Shown: positions 30,824 through 38,614 of the stretch, piece by piece
How positions within the stretch are numbered: the stretch's first letter is position 1
Layout: the number at the start of each line of letters is the position of its first letter
IMG/VR virus record: IMGVR_UViG_3300042997_001039
Coordinates: 1-64,000 of that record
From: a virus
Lineage: Duplodnaviria; Caudoviricetes
Strand: one strand, 5' to 3'
DNA length: 64,000 nt
Program-made: the position numbers and the translations under genes
Notes under the pieces: generated by a model
Told to the model about the DNA's origin: nothing
The model's database searches: none
What the model saw: the letters and a program-made list of their open reading frames with translations, nothing else

Positions 30824-31821
30824 TTGATATCTTTTAGCACCGGTAATAAGTGCGACCAAGCTATACCGTCGCGCATTTCGTCCGTGGACCATTGGCATGC
30901 TGCAAGATTGCGTAACCACTGCTGAATCTCCAAGTCAGTTGCCATCCTAAGATCATTAATATTGCGTACCAATCTTGAGCTTATGCCCCAAGCAAAATTA
31001 CCAGAGTCGCAAGCAATGGTGGGAATGCCACTTAGTACACTATCAATTGCCAATCCACTGGTATATGTTACAGTACAGTATGCATTTTGAAGATCTTGGC
31101 TCCATGGCACTATTTGCCCGTCGCTGAATTTGATATTTTGCACACCTGCTAACAGCAGCTTCCTTGCAAGTTCTTCGTGGTCTCCAAATGCACGTTGACT
31201 GGCTAATGGATGGTTACGAACAACTATAAAACGATCAGTATGTTTTCTAATGTCCAAGATAGTTTTGTATGCCCAATCATTGATGTCATTACCGCGTAAG
31301 CTGGCATCGCCTGGTAGTTGAAGTGCTATTAATACATGTCCATCGGGGTTGGAATTCCATCCTGCCCAGTCGATTCCAAACTCTGCAAGTCTTTGATTTG
31401 CTGCGTCTGTCTTCAATGTAGGCCATTCTGCGTCAAGATTCAAGAAGCCGTTTACACCAACTCTCCAATATTGATTTTCTCGATCAGTCACACGATTTAA
31501 TAATGGAGTTTCTATACAGACAAAACATTTAGCATTTACTGCTACGGACGTTCTGGTTTGGTGTGTTCCTTTTTCTCTGGCCTTCCAAGATCCAAAAAAC
31601 ACAGCCACATCACACTCTTTATAAGCTTCGGCATATTCGTAAGAAATTTGATTTTGAGATAGATCTGTTGTTGCCCAACGACCAATTCTTGTAACATTTT
31701 CAAACTGTTGATCTTGATCAGAATTATCTACAATCCAAGATTCTACTCCAGCAGCAAAATCTTTAAGCAGTTCTCTTTCTTGTGTGTTGTTAGCTGACGC
31801 CATAAAAATTTTAATATGCAT
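30820..31821 (-). CDS. Capsule-synthesis-like GT-B protein, paralog 4
   Basis: LIALQLPGDASL, IVVRNHP, TVTYTSGLAIDS.L.GIP and WL..LA..QW...E...G. Confidence 0.7.
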   Translation of the reverse strand: MHIKIFMASANNTQERELLKDFAAGVESWIVDNSDQDQQFENVTRIGRWATTDLSQNQISYEYAEAYKECDVAVFFGSWKAREKGTHQTRTSVAVNAKCFVCIETPLLNRVTDRENQYWRVGVNGFLNLDAEWPTLKTDAANQRLAEFGIDWAGWNSNPDGHVLIALQLPGDASLRGNDINDWAYKTILDIRKHTDRFIVVRNHPLASQRAFGDHEELARKLLLAGVQNIKFSDGQIVPWSQDLQNAYCTVTYTSGLAIDSVLSGIPTIACDSGNFAWGISSRLVRNINDLRMATDLEIQQWLRNLAACQWSTDEMRDGIAWSHLLPVLKDIK

Positions 31822-32602
31822 TTAGTATCCTATAAGCTGTGCCATCTTTGAGTTCTCTAACATGAAACTGGCCATAGGCCAAGTGACAAGCCCATGCGTG
31901 TAATTTATCTGTGTCTGCCCAATATGGCGATTCTATCTGTGCGAGATCCTGGCTGGCCACCGGACCGGCAGCATTGGCAGGTGCAAGTGTAAAAGCAGGT
32001 ACTCCCAGCATGATACTTTCGGTAGCTGCATTAGAATTGAATGTTACCAGGGCATGTACATCATCCGCTAACACTTGAGCCAGAGGGTCTGTAGAAATAC
32101 GATCTATTCTATTAGCTGCACGTTGCCTTACTACAATGGGTCGATCAGTGTGTTGCTTTATTGTGTTGACAGTTTCGTCAATCCACCCGTCAAGGTCTAT
32201 GCCATAAAATTTACAAGGTTTTGTGTCTGGCACAGCAACAACAATCTTACGGCCATATCGTCTGGGCTGTAGTGTGATGCCCATACGCTGCCATCTATCT
32301 CCAGGACGATCAACAATATCGCTGTGCTGCAGATTGTTTTTGACTATGCGATGCCACACTTTCCAGCCCTGCGGATTTGAGGGATTGGGATTGTTACCAA
32401 AGTAACCAGAGTCCATGTAATAGAAATCTCTACCGTCTGCCCAACACTGTTTCATCAACTTGTGCTTGAGTATACCACGTACGACTATAGGATCTTGAGA
32501 AGCTGCATAATCAAATTCGGCAACAGGTATACCACCACTGCCCTTGGCAAACATGTTGATATATTCGTCTTTGCAGTTCTTACTGAAAAAGATCCAAGTC
32601 AT
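31811..32602 (-). CDS. Capsule-synthesis-like GT-B protein, paralog 5
   Basis: YYMDSGY, IVVRQR, LVTFNSNAA.ESIM.GVP and W..HLAY.QF...EL..G.A. Confidence 0.65.
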   Translation of the reverse strand: MTWIFFSKNCKDEYINMFAKGSGGIPVAEFDYAASQDPIVVRGILKHKLMKQCWADGRDFYYMDSGYFGNNPNPSNPQGWKVWHRIVKNNLQHSDIVDRPGDRWQRMGITLQPRRYGRKIVVAVPDTKPCKFYGIDLDGWIDETVNTIKQHTDRPIVVRQRAANRIDRISTDPLAQVLADDVHALVTFNSNAATESIMLGVPAFTLAPANAAGPVASQDLAQIESPYWADTDKLHAWACHLAYGQFHVRELKDGTAYRILNAY

Positions 32603-33258
32603 TTTATAACAACAACACTACATTGCTGGTGACCGCTACGCAATAAGGGTTTAAACTCACGATTGTATTCTGCCAGCCATTCGCCAACTGCACGATATTC
32701 ACCCTCGGCCCAGAGATCGTATTCGGCAGGATCTGACCAAGGATACATTTCATCAAACGCAATCACAGTGCCTGGCACAATGCGATCATTCAACAAGGTC
32801 AGCACATCGAGTGTGCTGCTGTACAAATCGCAGTCTACATGAAGAAAGCTAATGACACCAGGATGTTGTTCTTTCCACAGCGGAATACTATCACAAAACC
32901 ATCCAGGCACCAGTTTGACATTGGCAGCAAAAACTGGTTGCACAGGTTCTTTGCGCATGTCAAATTTGCCAGCAGGATGTGTTTTACCTTCGTCTCCGGT
33001 ACGTATATACCAAGGCTCCGGAAGTCCTACAAAGCTGTCAAACCCCCACACAGTTTGATTACAAAAGTGTTCGCTGATGTGAGCCATGGTTTTACCGCGA
33101 TAAACACCAAACTCTAATACATGTCCTGAGATTTTGGCCGCAGGCAGTATTTGAAGTAGATGTCTTTTACGATCAATGCCCTTGCTTTTGAACACTCCTC
33201 CAACAAGCGGAGCAGAATGAAAACAGTCTATGCTATAGTTATTTTTGTCAACAATCAT
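32599..33258 (-). CDS. TylF/MycF-like sugar O-methyltransferase
   Basis: VLEFGVYRG, GFDSF.GLPE, GWF..S, LHVDCDLY.ST and FDE. Start revised to 33258. Confidence 0.88.
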   Translation of the reverse strand: MIVDKNNYSIDCFHSAPLVGGVFKSKGIDRKRHLLQILPAAKISGHVLEFGVYRGKTMAHISEHFCNQTVWGFDSFVGLPEPWYIRTGDEGKTHPAGKFDMRKEPVQPVFAANVKLVPGWFCDSIPLWKEQHPGVISFLHVDCDLYSSTLDVLTLLNDRIVPGTVIAFDEMYPWSDPAEYDLWAEGEYRAVGEWLAEYNREFKPLLRSGHQQCSVVVIK

Positions 33259-33941
33259 TTGGTGCCTCGCTGTAAACAGTAGTCTGCCAGCATGTGTTCT
33301 CTGTGCCACTCGTCGGCTTGATTTGTGGTAGCAAACTCGTGAAAGCAAGGAGCCCCTAATGTATAGTGCAACAAATCTGCATTTATATTGGGTCCGTATT
33401 CGTCCGGTAACCAATTCCATTCTGCAGGCAAATCGCCAATTCGCTCATCCTTAATCCAGGTAAATCGATGTAGTTCTGCTCCTGTGGATTTTTGTACAAA
33501 CTCTGGAGTCAGTATTCGATTAGCGGGGTTCTGGCAGTTCCACAAGATCACACTCGACCAGTTTTTGCGTGGATAGTTTTCATTCTTTGCACCCAGATAC
33601 TTTTCTGTCATGCATGTTTCGTAATTGTGTTTGACCACTTGCACATCATAATGGTGTTGTCGCCACTCCCAAAGTTCCACAATGTCGCTGCGAACAATCA
33701 TGTCCCCGTCGATAAAAATAGCATGTCCTGTATAATCCATCAAGTGCGGAACCAGGAATCTACTGTAGATAAACTGGTTGCTACCGTCTGTGTGAGTTTC
33801 TGTGTAGTCATTAAACAAGTTAAGAGCCAATGGAATAATAGCCACTGGCTTACTGGCATGACGTATAATACTGTTGGCACATGTATGGTAAGCGACGGCT
33901 TCTCTGGGATCGTAGCCAATAAAAATAGGAATAGGTTTCAT
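33255..33941 (-). CDS. GT8-like glycosyltransferase
   Basis: IFIGYD.RE, F.YSRFLVP, FIDGDM (DxD), NWSSVILWN, LP.EWNWL and LHYTLG.P. Confidence 0.88.
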   Translation of the reverse strand: MKPIPIFIGYDPREAVAYHTCANSIIRHASKPVAIIPLALNLFNDYTETHTDGSNQFIYSRFLVPHLMDYTGHAIFIDGDMIVRSDIVELWEWRQHHYDVQVVKHNYETCMTEKYLGAKNENYPRKNWSSVILWNCQNPANRILTPEFVQKSTGAELHRFTWIKDERIGDLPAEWNWLPDEYGPNINADLLHYTLGAPCFHEFATTNQADEWHREHMLADYCLQRGTK

Positions 33942-33986
33942 ATGAATATTTATATGCGTCTATTATACATAGGGAGTAAATATGTG

Positions 33987-34709
33987 ATGAAAAAAGCAAA
34001 AAATTGTGCCTGTGTGATACACGGCACTGCATACGACTGGATTTATGTAGAACGCCTGTACAACATGTTGCAGGCCAACACATCTTATCAAATCCGTATG
34101 CATGTGTTTACAGAGCCCACCAGATCAGTACCTGCACCATTTATTAAACACGAGCTACAGGAATGGCCGGGTATTGCAGGACCCAAGAAGTCCTGGTGGT
34201 ACAAGATGCAGATGTTTGATCCTGCACACAATCTGGGCAGAGTTTTATACTTTGATTTAGACACAGTGATCACCGGCAATATTGATTGGATATGGCAGTT
34301 GAGTGATGATTATTTCTGGGCTATTAAAGATTTTAAATACATTTGGCGAACTGCTTGGAACGGGATTAATTCCAGTGTAATGATTTGGGACACAACCCGA
34401 TTTACTTGGATTTGGGACGATTTTTGTGGTAAAAATATCAACGCTGTAGTCAAGCAATTTCACGGCGACCAAGATTATTTAAATACAGTATTAACAGATC
34501 ACACTCGTAGATTTATAGATACAGAAGTAGTAAGGAGTTGGAGATGGCAATGCAAAGATGGCGGCATGGACATGCGCACACGAGCGTATTGCAAACCCAA
34601 TGCTGGTACTGTGGTTGATCCAAAAACTGCTATTATGATATTTCACGGACGACCTAAACCACACGAAATACACGACCCAATCATTGATAAATATTGGAAA
34701 TTGTTGTAA
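33987..34709 (+). CDS. GT-A (GT8-like) glycosyltransferase
   Basis: YVERLY.M, WW.K...F, YFDLDTVI, NSSVM.W, GDQDYL and FHGRPKPHE. Start revised to 33987. Confidence 0.85.
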   Translation: MKKAKNCACVIHGTAYDWIYVERLYNMLQANTSYQIRMHVFTEPTRSVPAPFIKHELQEWPGIAGPKKSWWYKMQMFDPAHNLGRVLYFDLDTVITGNIDWIWQLSDDYFWAIKDFKYIWRTAWNGINSSVMIWDTTRFTWIWDDFCGKNINAVVKQFHGDQDYLNTVLTDHTRRFIDTEVVRSWRWQCKDGGMDMRTRAYCKPNAGTVVDPKTAIMIFHGRPKPHEIHDPIIDKYWKLL

Positions 34710-34724
34710 AAATACAACAAAATT

Positions 34725-34748
34725 AAGCCCCTTTTTAGGGGCTTTTTT
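34725..34748 (+). terminator. Rho-independent terminator
   Basis: AAGCCCC-TTTTTA-GGGGCTT followed by TTTT. Confidence 0.85.
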
Positions 34749-34770
34749 GTGGCAAAAATACACATTTTGG

Positions 34771-34799
34771 TAGACCAGAAACTGCCCAAATGCTATACT
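34771..34799 (+). promoter_or_regulatory. Early sigma70 promoter 1 (TAGACC-17-TATACT)
   Basis: Direct motif; one of three repeated cassettes. Confidence 0.8.
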
Positions 34800-34828
34800 A
34801 GTTTTACAGTAACAAAACGGGGTACAAA

Positions 34829-35050
34829 ATGCAATTAGCAATAGGCACTAAAATCCGCTGGGAATCAGCAGCCGGCGTAAAGCGTGGCACTATCAAAAAC
34901 ATCGTTCTTAGTCCTGCTGCCAACGGAGTTATTACTCCTTGGATTGACGTTGATTGCAATATTACCAAAGACAGGGCGGTTACTAATTCCGTACGTCTTT
35001 GTGCCAGTGCTCCTAGCCTAATGATGTTCCAAGTTGCACTTGTTGCGTAA
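34829..35050 (+). CDS. Small early hypothetical protein (SH3-like barrel possible)
   Basis: 73 aa with its own promoter and SD. Confidence 0.65.
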   Translation: MQLAIGTKIRWESAAGVKRGTIKNIVLSPAANGVITPWIDVDCNITKDRAVTNSVRLCASAPSLMMFQVALVA

Positions 35051-35060
35051 AAACAACAGG

Positions 35061-35089
35061 TTGACCAGAAATACCCAATTTGCTATAAT
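35061..35089 (+). promoter_or_regulatory. Early sigma70 promoter 2 (TTGACC-17-TATAAT)
   Basis: Direct motif. Confidence 0.85.
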
Positions 35090-35119
35090 ATATTTACAGT
35101 AACAAAACAGGAGCACAAA

Positions 35120-35302
35120 ATGGTTATCCTAGCAAAAGACATAGGCCGTGAGATTTTAGAGACCCTTAGGGAATCTGCCAGACAAGCCCTTCCGGATGCT
35201 ACAGAAGCAGAACGCGAAGAAAGCATAGCTAAATTTCTAGGTGTCATGAGCGATGCAATGTTTGCGGGTCCAGCAAAAAAGTTGCGTAAAAACAACACCT
35301 AA
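35120..35302 (+). CDS. Small early hypothetical protein
   Basis: 60 aa, SD CAGGAG. Confidence 0.65.
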   Translation: MVILAKDIGREILETLRESARQALPDATEAEREESIAKFLGVMSDAMFAGPAKKLRKNNT

Positions 35303-35309
35303 AAAGTGG

Positions 35310-35338
35310 TAGACCGGTAATACACGATCGGCTATAAT
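35310..35338 (+). promoter_or_regulatory. Early sigma70 promoter 3 (TAGACC-17-TATAAT)
   Basis: Direct motif. Confidence 0.8.
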
Positions 35339-35368
35339 GTACTTACACTAACAAAACAGGAGCAGTAA

Positions 35369-36388
35369 ATGACCCAAGTTCTCATCCGCAACGGCGTTTA
35401 TCGTAACAAACCCGTACACAACGAAGTTTTTGAATTGGTCAGAGACTTCACAGTCGGTGCCAAGGGCGGCTTTGTGACTGTTGACAGCAAGGGCTTCTTT
35501 GGCCCAGAATACGGCATTGCTCGTGTCACAGTAGACAGCATGGAAGACATTGAAATCCAAGGTGCCACAGCCACCACTGAAACTGCTGTAAAGGCAGCAC
35601 CTGCGGCAGAAGCCTCTGATGCAGAAGTAATGGCTCGTATCCGCGAGCGTTTTGAAATCCTAGATGAAATGACCAAAGCGGCTGTAGCCGGCGACGTCCG
35701 TGCTATGATTGTGTCCGGCCCTCCGGGTGTAGGCAAGAGCTACGGCGTTGAGAAAATTGTAGAAGCTGCCTGCTTGTTTGACAAGATTTCGGGCAAGCGT
35801 CTCCGTGCAGAAGTTGTCAAAGGTAGTGCTACAGCATTAGGCCTGTACCAGACCCTGTACAAATACAGCGACCGGAACTGTGTGTTGGTTTTTGATGACT
35901 GCGACAGCATCTTGCTTGACGATGTGGCTCTTAACTTGTTGAAAGGTGCCCTGGACTCCGGTAAGAAGCGTAAGATTTCCTGGTTGAGCGACAGCTCAGT
36001 GCTACGCCGCGAAGGTATCCCAGACAGTTTCAACTTCAACGGTACAGTGATCTTTATTACTAACCTTAAGTTTGACAAGATGAAATCGCAAAAATTGCGT
36101 GATCACTTGGATGCCTTGCAATCACGCTGCCACTACTTGGACTTGACCTTGGACACCATGCGTGACAAGATCTTGCGTATCAAACAGATTGCCAACGACG
36201 GTCAGTTGTTTGAAGAGTACGAGTTTGACACAGAAACGCAAGAAGAGATCATTGACTTTATGACGCACAATGCCACTCGTTTCCGCGAAATGAGCTTGCG
36301 TATGGCAATCAAGATTGCAGACTTGCGTAAGAGCTTTCCGCTGAAATGGAAGGCCATGGCAGAAGTTACGTGTATGAAGTCGGCGTAA
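35369..36388 (+). CDS. AAA+ ATPase with an N-terminal accessory domain
   Basis: Walker A GPPGVGKS, Walker B LVFDDCD, sensor FITN and Arg finger LQSRC. Confidence 0.88.
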   Translation: MTQVLIRNGVYRNKPVHNEVFELVRDFTVGAKGGFVTVDSKGFFGPEYGIARVTVDSMEDIEIQGATATTETAVKAAPAAEASDAEVMARIRERFEILDEMTKAAVAGDVRAMIVSGPPGVGKSYGVEKIVEAACLFDKISGKRLRAEVVKGSATALGLYQTLYKYSDRNCVLVFDDCDSILLDDVALNLLKGALDSGKKRKISWLSDSSVLRREGIPDSFNFNGTVIFITNLKFDKMKSQKLRDHLDALQSRCHYLDLTLDTMRDKILRIKQIANDGQLFEEYEFDTETQEEIIDFMTHNATRFREMSLRMAIKIADLRKSFPLKWKAMAEVTCMKSA

Positions 36389-36396
36389 GGAGTTGA

Positions 36397-36660
36397 ATGA
36401 TGAAAACCACTGTAAAGACAGTGCCTTGTTTAAAAATCACTGTACCATTCACAATGAATGGTGTTACCAGACCTGCGTCAAAGACTATTCGTAGAGCCCG
36501 TGTTGCCGCTGAGTTCTACGCCGCACACCTGAACCGAGAATGGTGGAATACCTATAGCCAAATGGCACCTGTGGGTCAAGGACGCTATGTTCAAATGGAC
36601 GCTAGATATGATCGTCTATATCGCCGGGCCCTACAAGTATTCAAACAGTACCTTCCTTAA
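36397..36660 (+). CDS. Hypothetical protein
   Basis: 87 aa, SD GGAG. Confidence 0.6.
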   Translation: MMKTTVKTVPCLKITVPFTMNGVTRPASKTIRRARVAAEFYAAHLNREWWNTYSQMAPVGQGRYVQMDARYDRLYRRALQVFKQYLP

Positions 36661-36670
36661 AGGAACCAGA

Positions 36671-36913
36671 ATGAACGAACGAATTAAAGAGATTACTGTA
36701 CAGGCATTAGAAAACAGTCTTTTTGAACCTATTGAACCCACCGTAACAGTAGGCGAGGGTGAAAATAAAGTAACCATCCCACTTGTGTTTGCTGAAAAGT
36801 TCGCCGAGTTGATTGTTCGGGAATGTGCTGATGTGTGCCAACAATTCGGTAATGGCGGCTCTGGGTATACTCTCAGTTCTGAGATTAGAGAACATTTCGG
36901 AGTTGAAGAATGA
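36671..36913 (+). CDS. Small phage protein of the MNERIKE...EKFAELIVREC...EHFGVE family
   Basis: Recognisable recurrent phage family signature. Start revised to 36671. Confidence 0.75.
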   Translation: MNERIKEITVQALENSLFEPIEPTVTVGEGENKVTIPLVFAEKFAELIVRECADVCQQFGNGGSGYTLSSEIREHFGVEE

Positions 36914-37424
36914 GATCACATTATACATGCGGAAAATGTAAAACATCATTGGAAGCAACTCAAGAACATTTCTTTCCTAGCAATCTTAAAAAAGTTGCCA
37001 ATGATCTAACTCGACTTGTTATTTCTCAATGTAAACCTTGTGCCAATCAATATGCTACACAGTGGCGTAGTGATATCAAAGCAAAAGGCTTGACCCGAAG
37101 TCGAAAAAATACATTAGTAATGGCAGGTGCTGTTATTGGTACTGTTTATGTTATTGGTCCAGATATTCCCGGAACTCCTTATAAGATTGGAATAACATCT
37201 GGCTCAAAAATAGACAGAAGAAAAGCAGCATTACAAACATCACATTGGATGGAACTTAAAGAAGTCTGGAAATCAGATTTGTTAGATAGAGCAGATATTG
37301 TTGAAAAGAAACTTCATAAGCATTTTGAAAAGAAATGGGTGCGTGGAGAATGGTTTAATATTACCAAAGACGATATTTCTGATATTCCAGTATTAATAGA
37401 ACATTTCGGAGTCAAAGAATGAGA
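36889..37424 (+). repeat. 27-bp direct repeat (25/27 identical) at 36889-36915 and 37398-37424 flanking the endonuclease gene
   Basis: AGAACATTTCGGAGT(TG/CA)AAGAATGAGA. Confidence 0.9.
36910..37422 (+). CDS. Zn-ribbon plus GIY-YIG/T5orf172-type endonuclease
   Basis: CGKC...CKPC, then VYVIG...YKIGIT, R...LQT, E..LH..F....VRGEWF. Confidence 0.85.
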   Translation: MRSHYTCGKCKTSLEATQEHFFPSNLKKVANDLTRLVISQCKPCANQYATQWRSDIKAKGLTRSRKNTLVMAGAVIGTVYVIGPDIPGTPYKIGITSGSKIDRRKAALQTSHWMELKEVWKSDLLDRADIVEKKLHKHFEKKWVRGEWFNITKDDISDIPVLIEHFGVKE

Positions 37425-37604
37425 ATACTTGAAACTGAGGAAGTATTAATGCCAGAATCCTTTGAAGTGAGAATTTATTTCAAAGGCTACATAACACCAG
37501 AAACATTACAAGATGCTCGCCATAATAGTTATGGATTTTCTTATGAAGCATTGGGTAAAATGTTTGATGAGGAGTTGAAGAATGACAAACCCGACAGACG
37601 CTGA
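37419..37604 (+). CDS. Small hypothetical protein
   Basis: 61 aa, ATGA-coupled. Confidence 0.55.
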   Translation: MRILETEEVLMPESFEVRIYFKGYITPETLQDARHNSYGFSYEALGKMFDEELKNDKPDRR

Positions 37605-37833
37605 AAAAATTGCAGAGCTTAACAAGCTGATCGAAACGGGTCACCGCACAGTAGAAGCATGTCTAGAACGCATGGCTGCCATTGAATCTGATGCCAGTAT
37701 TGGACGAGTAGTCCGTGCAAAATTTAACAGCGGCAACAACATTCCGGTAACTAATATTACACTAAGTCGTAGTGAGATTGCAGTACAATTGGAGAATGAT
37801 GATGCGCAAGCTGGTAATGGAACGGTTAGGTAA
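37582..37833 (+). CDS. Small hypothetical protein
   Basis: 83 aa, SD GGAG. Confidence 0.55.
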   Translation: MTNPTDAEKIAELNKLIETGHRTVEACLERMAAIESDASIGRVVRAKFNSGNNIPVTNITLSRSEIAVQLENDDAQAGNGTVR

Positions 37834-37948
37834 TGTCTGGTGCGATGCTTTAGAAGTAGAACACGACATAGCACAAAGTGAATTCAGCTTGTTGAGCGAC
37901 GAAGAACTATTGGATCTCTACACTGAAGTTTTTGGCATTGGTGGTTAG
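37796..37948 (+). CDS. Small acidic hypothetical protein (50 aa, not in the ORF track)
   Basis: Translated by hand: MMMRKLVMERLGNVWCDALEVEHDIAQSEFSLLSDEELLDLYTEVFGIGG. SD GGAG. Confidence 0.6.
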   Translation: MMMRKLVMERLGNVWCDALEVEHDIAQSEFSLLSDEELLDLYTEVFGIGG

Positions 37949-38000
37949 ATTTTACCCGGATTGTCTGTAGTAAACGCTCCTGTTTAGACAATCTGTTTTG

Positions 38001-38031
38001 GGCATCGTAGCAATACGGTGCCTATTTTTTT
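38001..38031 (+). terminator. Rho-independent terminator ending the early operon
   Basis: GGCATCGTA-GCAA-TACGGTGCC with a GNRA loop and a T run. Confidence 0.85.
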
Positions 38032-38058
38032 GACTTTTGTCTACAAATAACATATAAT
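38030..38058 (+). promoter_or_regulatory. Sigma70 promoter TTGACT-17-TATAAT with an overlapping TAAATA
   Basis: Direct motif; ATG at 38066. Confidence 0.7.
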
Positions 38059-38065
38059 AAATACT

Positions 38066-38614
38066 ATGCACAATTTCAAAACTAATAAACAGCTTATAGT
38101 CGAAACACCACGCGGATTGTACAAATGGTCGCGTATCTTTAATCGCTTGCAACGAAACTTTTTCGATGAACCAGTTAAGCTACGTAGAGAAAAACAAATC
38201 GAAGATTTTATTGTATTGAATGGTTTTAAAAAAGTTCGATTCAAAACAGATACTGATTTGTTTCTAGACTTTATTCAAGTTGAAAGATGCGAGCGTAGTC
38301 AAGATGCAGATATAACAATTATCACTGATCAAAAGTTTAGCAGATATCCATGTCCTATTATTATTGAAAAAATACTTGAACAATTAGATAAGTGTCCTGC
38401 ATTATATCTGTGCTTGAATCGTCATTACATAAATTTAGACAACAGTTATCATGATTCTACATTAGACAGTAACTTTTGTCTAGCCACTACTCAATGGTTA
38501 AAAAAGTCTATGCCGGAAGTTGAAATTATTGACCTTAGTTTAAACGATGTAGACTACGGTCGCAGCTTTACATGGGCTGTACCAGACCGACATTATTATA
38601 TAAGAAAACGCTAG
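38066..38614 (+). CDS. Hypothetical protein
   Basis: 182 aa, AT-rich, no motif recognised. Confidence 0.65.
   Translation: MHNFKTNKQLIVETPRGLYKWSRIFNRLQRNFFDEPVKLRREKQIEDFIVLNGFKKVRFKTDTDLFLDFIQVERCERSQDADITIITDQKFSRYPCPIIIEKILEQLDKCPALYLCLNRHYINLDNSYHDSTLDSNFCLATTQWLKKSMPEVEIIDLSLNDVDYGRSFTWAVPDRHYYIRKR

Noticed and set aside
33259-33420. N-terminal extensions of the TylF-like gene, and similarly of the ORFs at 30919, 12662, 56549, 59586, 36587 and 43099
   Set aside because: They overlap upstream genes. Downstream ATGs give ATGA/TAATG coupling or proper SDs.
33492-33986. 165-codon N-terminal extension of the 33492-34709 ORF
   Set aside because: It is antisense to the GT8 gene. The SD, TAAATA and GT homology all point to a start at 33987.
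34701-35368. Regularly recurring repeats read as a CRISPR or mini-array
   Set aside because: The repeats are promoter/RBS cassettes about 250-340 bp apart that enclose ORFs, not 30-40 bp spacers.
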